The translations under genes were made by a program, and so were the position numbers. The notes under the pieces were generated by a model. It saw only the letters and a program-made list of their open reading frames with translations. It searched no databases and was not told the DNA's origin. Below are positions 1 through 8,136 of a stretch of 64,000 nt of DNA, in pieces. Numbering within the stretch: position 1 is the stretch's first letter; the number at the start of each line of letters is the position of its first letter. This DNA comes from Candidatus Latescibacterota bacterium (GTDB lineage Bacteria; Latescibacterota; UBA2968), in NCBI GenBank assembly GCA_965205975.1, contig OZ242195.1, positions 3,168,001 through 3,232,000 on the forward strand. The letters run 5' to 3'.

Positions 1-312
1 TTCCTGAGCGACCATTTCCACGTACAGCATGGAAAGCTTCGCGCTTGAGACCCCGACTTCCCGATGCGCTGTCCCATAGCCGATACGGTAAAAAGACAGG
101 CGATGAACGCCCTCCGACAGACGCAAGACAAAACGGCCCCGTTCATCGGTTATTGTACCCACTGCGCCATCATCGAGTTTGATATCGACATTGCCCATTG
201 CGCGTTGGGTCTTGTGATCAAAAACATATCCCTCGAGCAAACGCGTCTCTTGCGATGCGCTGATCGCGAAAAAAAAGAACACAACAATAAAAAAAGAAGC
301 CGTGAATCTCAA
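1..312 (-). CDS. TonB-dependent receptor, N-terminal part only (runs off window start); paralog of 2187..4388
   Basis: Manual translation from TTG at 312: MRFTASFFIVVF...LLEGYVFDHKTQR...TDERGRFVLRLSEG, closely matching the N-terminus of 2187..4388; GGAG RBS upstream. Confidence 0.85.
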   Translation of the reverse strand, partial: MRFTASFFIVVFFFFAISASQETRLLEGYVFDHKTQRAMGNVDIKLDDGAVGTITDERGRFVLRLSEGVHRLSFYRIGYGTAHREVGVSSAKLSMLYVEMVAQE

Positions 313-330
313 AACGAATCTCCAACAGAG

Positions 331-370
331 AAAAAGCCCTCACTCTATCCTGAGAAAACCGAGTGAGGGC
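331..370 (-). terminator. Hairpin plus U-tract between lipoprotein and TonB receptor (copy 1)
   Basis: GCCCTCACTC (336-345) pairs with GAGTGAGGGC (361-370), followed by TTTTT on the minus strand. Confidence 0.6.
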
Positions 371-377
371 AAGGGAA

Positions 378-869
378 CTACTGATCTACGACACGCACGG
401 GAATGGGAATCGTGCGAAAATCTACATGATCGTCATGGGTGACCTGGAGCTCAATCGTAGTTTCGCCTACCTTGAGGCCGCGCAGTTGGAATTCAAACTT
501 TCCTACATCTGCAGGCTCCTGATGAACTTCCACAACTGTGTTATCGGCAATCGCCCATGTAAAGCTGTCATCTGGATCATCTGGCGGGTCAATTTCGTCG
601 CCATCGTGGTCCAGGAACATAATACTCCATTTAGCAGTAAGTCCACCATTGGGAACTTCGAGATGACCTGCCCGACCACCGCTGGCATCGATCGCCCCTT
701 CAAAATAGCGGAAGAATCGATTGCCCGAATCTATGATAACCAGACCCTCAGGTTCGAAATGCTCTTCGTGTTCAGACATGGGATCATCACTACCACAACC
801 AATCACAAACAGAGTCAGAACTGCCACAGCGGCAAAAGTGCGTTGAAGCGATTTTCTTCTAAAAAACAT
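378..869 (-). CDS. His/acidic lipoprotein, putative metal-binding partner of the TonB receptor (copy 1)
   Basis: Start MFFRRKS after AGGAG RBS; lipobox-like VIGC; HEEHFEPEG and HDDHVDF motifs; paralog of 4452..4940. Confidence 0.8.
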   Translation of the reverse strand: MFFRRKSLQRTFAAVAVLTLFVIGCGSDDPMSEHEEHFEPEGLVIIDSGNRFFRYFEGAIDASGGRAGHLEVPNGGLTAKWSIMFLDHDGDEIDPPDDPDDSFTWAIADNTVVEVHQEPADVGKFEFQLRGLKVGETTIELQVTHDDHVDFRTIPIPVRVVDQ

Positions 870-871
870 GA

Positions 872-1004
872 TAGTCTCCTGAATGGTAAAACCTGTACAG
901 GGCACACGGGCTCACAGAGAGAGACCCTCTTATTCAGGCCCGCACAAAAAGGCACAAAAATAAAGCAACCTTCAGTATTAAGATATTCAGTATTCAGGAG
1001 ACTA
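872..1004 (-). promoter_or_regulatory. Anti-SD/SD attenuator stem (copy 1)
   Basis: 872-884 tagtctcctgaat is the exact reverse complement of 992-1004 attcaggagacta; pairs the leader's last codons with the downstream AGGAG. Confidence 0.75.
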
Positions 1005-1272
1005 CTGGAGGGGATCGGCCCTGCGGCAAAAGAAAAAACTGGTGGGATAAAAATGTGGCGTTCGACAGAAGATAAAACCAACAGACATATAACGCGCGAA
1101 AAATAACTATGGCACTGATAAGACCACAAAAGCTGTAAACCCAATGGCAAACAAGACAATGGATATCATGCTCTACATGGTCAAATGCATGCCCAAAGGC
1201 AAGGGCAAATGCGCCGATGAACAACACGACGACCAGTGTTTTAACGAATGGATATTTGGTGTGTAGATTCAT
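994..1272 (-). CDS. DUF2946-like leader peptide (TM segment, HxxHCxxCH, C-terminal RSPP)
   Basis: Hydrophobic N-terminus, HDIHCLVCHW, ends QGRSPPVVS; paralog of 5067..5363. Confidence 0.75.
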   Translation of the reverse strand: MNLHTKYPFVKTLVVVLFIGAFALAFGHAFDHVEHDIHCLVCHWVYSFCGLISAIVIFRALYVCWFYLLSNATFLSHQFFLLPQGRSPPVVS

Positions 1273-1323
1273 CTCAATAGTGTGTCTTTAACAATCAAAC
1301 CCGGCCCTGGTTCCCAATAAATA

Positions 1324-1347
1324 TGCAATACATCATATCTTATTGCA
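1324..1347. promoter_or_regulatory. Inverted-repeat operator candidate upstream of cassette copy 1
   Basis: TGCAATA-N10-TATTGCA perfect dyad overlapping a TTGCAA-17-CATATT promoter-like arrangement on the minus strand. Confidence 0.5.
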
Positions 1348-1397
1348 AGTCTTGAGTGATTTGCGGTTTCCAAAGACTCCTGATATTCAATAGATAC

Positions 1398-1799
1398 TTA
1401 CCAGATTGTTGCCACTTGTGATTGCTGAATTTTTTCATCTTTACTGATCAGCGGCAATTCCATATACAGCGCAGTACCCGCAATGATGCGGTCAGGCATA
1501 TCAGGCACTATTGTTCGGGGTATCTCAGCTATTTTGTGAACAATATCCTGGGTTAGATCTACCAAAACCAAATTGCTGTCACCTGTTTTTAGATTATCGT
1601 GAAGCAGTTGCTGATTTTCAAGTGGAATACGACCTTTCTCTTGTAAATAAAGAATTTCAACCAAACAGATCGTGGGTATGTAAATGAAAGCGTCGTCTTG
1701 TTCACAGGCATCAAAAATTTGGCTGGCCTTAGCTCCTAGAAGAACGCTACCCTCCAAATACCAGATCAAACCATGTGTATCAGTGACTGCACGAGTCAT
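1398..1799 (-). CDS. vapC: PIN-domain toxin (VapC family)
   Basis: VTDTHGLIWYL start and PDMPDRIIAGTA PIN motifs; ATGA overlap with the upstream small gene. Confidence 0.85.
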   Translation of the reverse strand: MTRAVTDTHGLIWYLEGSVLLGAKASQIFDACEQDDAFIYIPTICLVEILYLQEKGRIPLENQQLLHDNLKTGDSNLVLVDLTQDIVHKIAEIPRTIVPDMPDRIIAGTALYMELPLISKDEKIQQSQVATIW

Positions 1800-2035
1800 T
1801 GGGAAACCTCTCGAGGGAAATTGTCCCACATTTCCTTACGGTTTTCACGTATTTCTTTATCCGTGATGTTTAGTCCTTTCCAGATACCTCGTAGAGATCT
1901 GTTTGGGGCCTTCTTTATCCCTTTAAGATCATGTTCTACTTGATCGGTCATACCGCGAATCAATTGAATCTTCTCCTCAACTGACAGCGAACGCGTTGTA
2001 TTCAAAATTTCTGCCACCATGGGATCAGTTGCCAT
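1796..2035 (-). CDS. Putative antitoxin of the PIN toxin
   Basis: 79-aa ORF with GGAG RBS, RSLRGIWKGL...REMWDNFPRE; translationally coupled to the PIN gene. Confidence 0.75.
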   Translation of the reverse strand: MATDPMVAEILNTTRSLSVEEKIQLIRGMTDQVEHDLKGIKKAPNRSLRGIWKGLNITDKEIRENRKEMWDNFPREVSQ

Positions 2036-2115
2036 TTCAGACCTCCATTTATGTGCTCTGCCACAAAATTTGCTTTCTTTCATTATTTCCAAAATGAAAG
2101 ATATGACTTGACCTC

Positions 2116-2154
2116 AAAAAGAGCAAGCCCCAGATCAGCAGACTGAACTGGGGC
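2116..2154 (-). terminator. Intrinsic terminator after TonB receptor
   Basis: GCCCCAG...CTGGGGC stem (2127-2154) followed by a T-rich run on the minus strand. Confidence 0.6.
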
Positions 2155-2186
2155 GTAGTGAAGTGTCAGCATATCTGACCGCTAAA

Positions 2187-4388
2187 TTAAAAGAAAAACA
2201 TCTTGTAATGCACTTTAATGCTCCGCCCTGTCTCGGGCATCACGGATCGAATGCGCGAAAGATGGTTGCGGTATTCCGTATCCAAAAGGTTGTCCAAAGA
2301 GAGAATAATACTATGGCGAGTATGATCGGTATTAATATCGCGCTGGGCATAGACACCGAAAACAGCATAGCCATCCGTAGGATCTTCAAATATATCCACG
2401 CGCTCCTGTCCCGCGACAAATTCCGCAGTCCCGCCAACAGTAAAATAGGGATGATGATAGGTCGTACTGCCGACAAACTTGAGCGGCGGAATCTCGGGCA
2501 GGGGCAACTGCTCATCCCGGTTCTCGCCACGCACATAACTGCCGTTTAATTCCAGATTCAAACGCGTATTTAAACGCCACCCCAGATGCATCTCCAGACC
2601 CAAAAATCGCGCGGCAACACCATCGGCAGCGTAAATCGGCAAAAGTTGGGCAAAATTGATCTCTCCGGTATTGCGCGGGGCAATATAGGTATCAAACTCG
2701 TTCCAATATCCGCTCAAAACAAAATCGACGCCCGGTTGCAAATAATGAAAAAAGACCTCGAAGCCCAGGCTCGTTTCGGCCTCGAGATCGACATTGCCCA
2801 CCTCAAAAGTGTAAGCAGCCAGATGCGGCCCATCGTTATAAAGCTCTTCAATAGTAGGCTCCCGCTGGGATCGGCTTAAGTTTAAACCGCCGGTTAGCCG
2901 GTCAGTAATAGTCACAAGCGGACTAATCGCTGCAGACCATGCGTGAAAGGTGCGACCTACACGGAGAGCCGCCAGACTCCTTGTCGTCGGACGCGGATCA
3001 AAGTCGGCATACGTATAACGCGCAGAAGCCTGAAATTCGATATCGCGATAAATAAATTCGTGGTAGAGACCTAATGAAGCGCATTGCTCTCGCGTGGGCG
3101 GTGTAAAAACAAATCCCCCCAATTTGAGGTTATGATGGCCAAAGCCCAGGGACAGAACGGTATTTCGCGTCTGGCCCTGTGTGTTCATAAGCAATTTGAG
3201 ATCACCGCGGTAGTCGTGGAACAAAAACTCGGACCCAATACTGCCACTGGACTCGTACTCGAAGTGGTGATAGAAGGTCCTGGTAAAATCCACCTCTACG
3301 CTACTGAACACCTGGTGATCAAAATGGAAGGCCGCCCTGCCATCAAATATCCGGCGATCAATATCCAGATCTACGCCATTGGGATGTCCGCCAATAAACC
3401 CTCCGGGAATGCCGTATTGGGTATCGAACTGATCAAAAGAAGCACCGATATATCCCCGGTCAGTGGGATACGACAGACCGAGCGTATGTGTGCGCGTATC
3501 AATAGGTGTGTTGACAAGCCTGCCAATGGGGGTTTGCACATCCCGGGTATTGCGGTACGTGGTCTCGGCATACAGCGCAAGCGGACCCACGGGCACTGTA
3601 ATCCCAGCGGCTGAGAGATACCCTCGATTGACCGTCTCGCCATAAGCACCAACACTGCCAGAAACGCGCTGCGGATGGTATTCGGGAATTTTTTCTTTCA
3701 CGACATTGATAACCCCACCAATGGCCGATGCCGTGTGAAGCAGTATGCGCGGTCCCCGAATAATTTCGAGGCGTTCTGAATTAAAAGGCTCAAGCGTAAC
3801 AGCGTGATCGGCAGAAGTAGCGGATAAATCTCGAGTCTCCATACCATCTATATTGATCTGTATGCGGTCGCCACTGAGGCCGCGTATAACTGGTCGAGCA
3901 GGTGCAGGACCCATGCTGCGGATGGCGACACCGATTTCGTTTTTCATCGTCTCGGCAAGCGTGAGACTGTACTTCTTCTGAAGTTCATCTCCCGAAAGCA
4001 CGCCAGTCGCTTCGTACAATTCTTCAAAGCGCGTCTCAGCACTTTGGGCGACCACCTCAATGGTATCCGCAACAATTTCCCGGGCAACCATTTCGATGTA
4101 CAGAATGGGCAATTTCTCATCCGAAACCCTTATTTCCCGACTCACCAATCCATACCCAACACGAAAAAAAGACAGGCGATAAACACCCTCCGACAGACGC
4201 AAGATAAAACGGCCTCGTTCATCGGTTGTCGTGCCCTCTGCGCCATCATCGAGTATGATATCGACATTGTCAATTGTGCGTTGGGTCTTGCGATCAAAAA
4301 CATATCCCTCGAGCAAACGCATTTCACCCGCTGCGTTGATCGCGGAAAAGCAGACCACAAAAACGAGAATGAAGGCTGTAAATCTCAA
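2187..4388 (-). CDS. TonB-dependent receptor, ZnuD-like
   Basis: 733 aa, signal peptide, plug motifs ARPVIRGLSGDRI and EIIRGP, EELYNDGPHLAAYTFEVG, C-terminal F. Confidence 0.9.
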   Translation of the reverse strand: MRFTAFILVFVVCFSAINAAGEMRLLEGYVFDRKTQRTIDNVDIILDDGAEGTTTDERGRFILRLSEGVYRLSFFRVGYGLVSREIRVSDEKLPILYIEMVAREIVADTIEVVAQSAETRFEELYEATGVLSGDELQKKYSLTLAETMKNEIGVAIRSMGPAPARPVIRGLSGDRIQINIDGMETRDLSATSADHAVTLEPFNSERLEIIRGPRILLHTASAIGGVINVVKEKIPEYHPQRVSGSVGAYGETVNRGYLSAAGITVPVGPLALYAETTYRNTRDVQTPIGRLVNTPIDTRTHTLGLSYPTDRGYIGASFDQFDTQYGIPGGFIGGHPNGVDLDIDRRIFDGRAAFHFDHQVFSSVEVDFTRTFYHHFEYESSGSIGSEFLFHDYRGDLKLLMNTQGQTRNTVLSLGFGHHNLKLGGFVFTPPTREQCASLGLYHEFIYRDIEFQASARYTYADFDPRPTTRSLAALRVGRTFHAWSAAISPLVTITDRLTGGLNLSRSQREPTIEELYNDGPHLAAYTFEVGNVDLEAETSLGFEVFFHYLQPGVDFVLSGYWNEFDTYIAPRNTGEINFAQLLPIYAADGVAARFLGLEMHLGWRLNTRLNLELNGSYVRGENRDEQLPLPEIPPLKFVGSTTYHHPYFTVGGTAEFVAGQERVDIFEDPTDGYAVFGVYAQRDINTDHTRHSIILSLDNLLDTEYRNHLSRIRSVMPETGRSIKVHYKMFFF

Positions 4389-4402
4389 AACATACCTCCT
4401 AT

Positions 4403-4440
4403 AAAAACCCTCACCCGGTCTTTCAAAAACCGGATGAGGG
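4403..4440 (-). terminator. Hairpin plus U-tract between lipoprotein and TonB receptor (copy 2)
   Basis: CCCTCA-CCCGGT...ACCGG-A-TGAGGG stem then TTTTT on the minus strand, same position as in copy 1. Confidence 0.55.
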
Positions 4441-4451
4441 CAAAGCAGTTA

Positions 4452-4940
4452 CTACTCTCCGACATGCACCGGAATGGGCAGCGTGCGAAAATCCACATGA
4501 TCGTCGTGTGTGACCTGGAGTTCAATCGTAGTCTCGCCTACCTTGAGACCCCGCAGGTGAAAATCAAACTTGCCGACATCGTCGGCATCCTGAACAACTT
4601 CCAAAACCGTGGGATCGGCAATCGCCCATGTAAATTTGAAATCCGGATCATCTGGCGGGGCAATCTCGTCGCCATGGTCATCCAGAAAACGGATGCTCCA
4701 GTGCGGCGTTTCCTCATTGAGGGGGGCGTCAAGATGATCTGCCCGACCACCGCTGGCATCAATCTGCCCTTGAAAATAGCGGAAAAAACGATTGCCCGAA
4801 TCTATAATAACCAGACCCTCGGGTTCGAAATGCTCTTCCTGGTGAGACATGGGATCGTCACTACCACAACCGATCACAAAGAAAGCCAGAACTGCCACAG
4901 CGACAAAGGTGCGTTGAAAAGATTTTCTTCTAAAAAACAT
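4452..4940 (-). CDS. His/acidic lipoprotein (copy 2)
   Basis: MFFRRKS start after AGGAG; VIGC lipobox-like; highly similar to 378..869. Confidence 0.8.
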   Translation of the reverse strand: MFFRRKSFQRTFVAVAVLAFFVIGCGSDDPMSHQEEHFEPEGLVIIDSGNRFFRYFQGQIDASGGRADHLDAPLNEETPHWSIRFLDDHGDEIAPPDDPDFKFTWAIADPTVLEVVQDADDVGKFDFHLRGLKVGETTIELQVTHDDHVDFRTLPIPVHVGE

Positions 4941-4944
4941 GATA

Positions 4945-5077
4945 TAGTCTCCTGAATAAGCCCGCACGGGCAGAGAACACGCAGAGGGGTCCCCTCTTAT
5001 GCCCGCACAAAAAGGCACAAAAATACAGAAAAATAATGCAAACTTTAGTATGGAGATATTCAGTATTCAGAAGACTA
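4945..5077 (-). promoter_or_regulatory. Anti-SD/SD attenuator stem (copy 2)
   Basis: mRNA UAGUCUUCUGAAUA (5077-5064) pairs with UAUUCAGGAGACUA (4958-4945): 14 bp including one G-U wobble. Confidence 0.75.
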
Positions 5078-5363
5078 CTGGAGGGGCTCGGCTCTGAGGT
5101 GAAAGGAAAAACTGGTGGGATAAAAATGTGGGGTGCGGCAGAGTGAAAAAACAACAGGCGTATAATGCACCAAAAACGACTATGGCACTGATAAGACCAC
5201 TAAAGCTATAAACCCAATGGCAAACGAAGCAATGGGTGTCATGTTGACCATGGTCACCATGGTCACCATGGTCAACCGCATGCCCAAAGGCAAGGGCAAA
5301 CGCGCCGACGAGCAATATGACGATCAGCGTTTTAACGAGCGGGTGTCTGGTGTAGAAATTCAT
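5067..5363 (-). CDS. DUF2946-like leader peptide (TM segment, His-rich, CxxC, C-terminal RAPP)
   Basis: DHGDHGDHGQHDTHCFVCHW, ends QSRAPPVVF. Confidence 0.8.
   Translation of the reverse strand: MNFYTRHPLVKTLIVILLVGAFALAFGHAVDHGDHGDHGQHDTHCFVCHWVYSFSGLISAIVVFGALYACCFFTLPHPTFLSHQFFLSPQSRAPPVVF
5247..5273. repeat. 9-bp tandem repeat (ACCATGGTC x3) encoding DHG repeats
   Basis: Directly visible; not expanded in paralog 994..1272. Confidence 0.85.
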
Positions 5364-5416
5364 TCTTAATACTATATGGGGCTACCTCGAGCAAAAATAG
5401 TTGTCTATCAATGCGC

Positions 5417-5869
5417 CTATTTGTCCCCCGCGGAATGCGCTCGCAATTGTCTAATCGATTGCAATCGCAAAAGCAATTTTTCGAGATTTGATTTTAGCTC
5501 TTTCTGGATCTCGACCATTTGCTCGGGAGTCACCTGTAGATTTTCTTTTTCGCCATGGTGTCCATGACCGTGATCATGGGCTTCTTCCGAGTCATCTCCC
5601 GGCACTTCAACCACATTTTTTTCCCACAATTCAAAGTCTTTTTCGATAACCTGAAGACTATCGCGTATTTCCACAGCATGATGTGAAAATGACTTTAGAC
5701 TATCCAGTTGGTTCTCAAATTGCTCTTCAATTTCCATCATCGCCTTGTGAATATCCGCCGCCTGTTGCAAGTGGTGTGCATCTTCTTTATTTTCTCCATG
5801 GCAAGAAACAAAGAACGCAAACACTACAACACTTATCACTTTGAGTCGCATTGGATTTTGTCTCTCCAT
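5417..5869 (-). CDS. His-rich helical lipoprotein
   Basis: FVSC lipobox-like, WEKNVVEVPG followed by HDHGHGHH. Confidence 0.75.
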   Translation of the reverse strand: MERQNPMRLKVISVVVFAFFVSCHGENKEDAHHLQQAADIHKAMMEIEEQFENQLDSLKSFSHHAVEIRDSLQVIEKDFELWEKNVVEVPGDDSEEAHDHGHGHHGEKENLQVTPEQMVEIQKELKSNLEKLLLRLQSIRQLRAHSAGDK

Positions 5870-5897
5870 ATTTTACGTCTCCTTTCGCGTGTTTATC

Positions 5898-6296
5898 CTA
5901 TTTTTCACAATCATCTTTGCGACATAAATGATGATTCCGAATATGGCCTGAGATCAAAAATCCCGACCCTAAAACGGTCCCCATCCGCTCCCCTATTTCC
6001 CCAAAAAGATCATGGCCAACCATAACCATTACGACGAGAAGGGACAGCCCAAGGATACCGAGACCAATGACAAATTGATCTTTATGACGGCGACACCCCA
6101 ACCCAAGGGCAAGAATGCTGGTGGGCAGAATCAGCCACATCAAAAGCCCATGAAAATGTTCATCGCCAACAAATGTAGTTGCCAATAACGGAAACGCAAT
6201 AAGTGCAACAGGCAATGTCAAACAATGGACCGCACACATTGTTGAAAGAACAATGGCGATTTTGTCACCTGCGGTTTGATAGCTCAAACGCGCCAT
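5898..6296 (-). CDS. MerC-domain membrane protein
   Basis: DKIAIVLSTMCAVHCLTLP motif, four hydrophobic segments, HIRNHHLC tail. Confidence 0.85.
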   Translation of the reverse strand: MARLSYQTAGDKIAIVLSTMCAVHCLTLPVALIAFPLLATTFVGDEHFHGLLMWLILPTSILALGLGCRRHKDQFVIGLGILGLSLLVVMVMVGHDLFGEIGERMGTVLGSGFLISGHIRNHHLCRKDDCEK

Positions 6297-6331
6297 TTAT
6301 TATCTCCTTTTTATTGATAATAACGACACAC

Positions 6332-6865
6332 TTAATATGTATCACCAGGATTGTTTTTCATATCACGCGTCTCCACCACCTCGGCTTTACTGATGCGAAA
6401 AAAGAGTTCGGAAGGATCTTTTTGCAACAGTTCCAGGCGACCTGTAATGGTAATAGGATCATAAGTAAAATCAATCGGTTTGCTCGGACGAATATCTACC
6501 AGAGACTCAGGCCCACCCCCGCCTACACAAAACGAACATCCCCCAAGTGAATACGGCGTCAAGACAAAACGCGTTTGTTTTTTTTGAGCCGATAGCGGAA
6601 TCATAAATCCGACAAGCTCAACGTACTTGCCATTCATTTTTTTTAATGTATCGGAAAAAATGGGCACAAAGTTCGGCGCATAAGGATCATAACTCACAGT
6701 CGCAAGGGTTTCCCAAAGCGAACCCTTCATCATCTGGGGCAGTGGAGACGCCTGAAGCTCTGGGCGATGGTCTGTTGACGAGGGCGGTGCTTCACTGCCA
6801 GTATCTATTCTCAAAACCACAGCAAATAACAAAATAAACATTACCGTGCGTTGTATATTCATCAC
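6332..6865 (-). CDS. DUF3299 family protein (ZrgD-like)
   Basis: LVGFMIPL...FVLTPY...CSFC...ITITGRL motifs. Confidence 0.75.
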   Translation of the reverse strand: MMNIQRTVMFILLFAVVLRIDTGSEAPPSSTDHRPELQASPLPQMMKGSLWETLATVSYDPYAPNFVPIFSDTLKKMNGKYVELVGFMIPLSAQKKQTRFVLTPYSLGGCSFCVGGGGPESLVDIRPSKPIDFTYDPITITGRLELLQKDPSELFFRISKAEVVETRDMKNNPGDTY

Positions 6866-8136
6866 GACACCTCCACCAGTGTTTGTGCAACATCTGTTCG
6901 ATAGACCTGAAGCGCGGGTATAAGAGCCGATACACTACCCAACACAAGCGCCAGACCAATGAGCCAGAATTCATCGGACAAAATAATCCATCCCGTCAAA
7001 TTTATATGCTGTGCCTCGCGCACCCACGCGCCAATCACCTCAGTGCTTGCATGCCCAATCACAAAACCCAACCCCGTACCCATCAATGTAAGCAAGACCC
7101 CCTCCAAAAGCACCTGAACAAAAAGTTTACCGCGACTTGCCCCCAGAGCACGCATCATAGCCAGATCGTATCGCCGATCTTTCATCGCATTATAAAGTGC
7201 CACAAAAATGCTCAACGCCGCTGCAAACACCAGAACCCCACCAAAAACCCGCACCACCTCCAACCCAACACCGAGCAATGCAAAAAGGCGCGTTGTCTCA
7301 AATGCGGGGGACGCAGCCTGAAATTTGGTCTCTTTGTTCACATACCTTGGAAATGACACGGCTGCAATGGGTGAACGATAGCGAATCAACAAACTCGTGA
7401 CTTCGCGCTCGGCATCGGCTTCACTGTCCATCGGCAAACCGAGAACATCGCGTGCGCGATCCTCATCGGCCTGGCTCTCCATGTGGTGATCCTGTTCATC
7501 GCCCTCTTCTTCATGCGGTTCGTGAACCAGCCAGACCGTCTCCACAGAAGTCAATAACAGACGATCGATAATCGAACCCGTTGGTTGCAAAACACCCACC
7601 ACGCGAAACGGTTGCGATTCGTGTTGATCAGAAGCAGTTTCTGCGGTCAAACCGTGCGAGCTAATAATCTCGTCACCCAGCGCAAGACCTGTCACGCCGG
7701 CAACCTGCGCGCCTATGACCACCTGATATGGTACATCCCAAAAGGTACCGTCAACCAATTCCGCCCGGTAGTGTTTGGCGTATGCGGATGTCGTTCCCAC
7801 AATGCGATATCCCCGATAATTATCCCCCAACGCCAGAGGTATCACCTGTGCAACCGCCCTGTTTTTTGCCAGTTCACGCGCCTCTAAAAGCGGTATGTTA
7901 CCCGTTGGCACGTCAACGTGAAAAACACTGGACAAAATCAATTGCAGGGGACTGCCCTTAGCACCCACAACAACATCAATATTTTCAACATTACGGTGCA
8001 AATTCTCTTCAAATTGTTCGCCAAAAAGCAACAAAACAACGACAATACCCGTTCCAAGTCCCAACAATATCATATTGAGCAATGTATTCAACTTGCGCCG
8101 ATAAATATAGGCCAGACTAATTTTGAAGAGATTCAT
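6862..8136 (-). CDS. MacB/FtsX-type ABC permease
   Basis: VVGAKGSPLQLILSSVFH, RRYDLAMMRALGA; His/acidic periplasmic loop. Confidence 0.9.
   Translation of the reverse strand: MNLFKISLAYIYRRKLNTLLNMILLGLGTGIVVVLLLFGEQFEENLHRNVENIDVVVGAKGSPLQLILSSVFHVDVPTGNIPLLEARELAKNRAVAQVIPLALGDNYRGYRIVGTTSAYAKHYRAELVDGTFWDVPYQVVIGAQVAGVTGLALGDEIISSHGLTAETASDQHESQPFRVVGVLQPTGSIIDRLLLTSVETVWLVHEPHEEEGDEQDHHMESQADEDRARDVLGLPMDSEADAEREVTSLLIRYRSPIAAVSFPRYVNKETKFQAASPAFETTRLFALLGVGLEVVRVFGGVLVFAAALSIFVALYNAMKDRRYDLAMMRALGASRGKLFVQVLLEGVLLTLMGTGLGFVIGHASTEVIGAWVREAQHINLTGWIILSDEFWLIGLALVLGSVSALIPALQVYRTDVAQTLVEVS

Noticed and set aside
363..1106. Plus-strand ORFs 363..1106 and 4044..4955 resemble each other
   Set aside because: Similarity only reflects the duplicated minus-strand genes
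5898..6296. Mercury resistance locus
   Set aside because: No merA, merR or merP; context is zinc-type uptake
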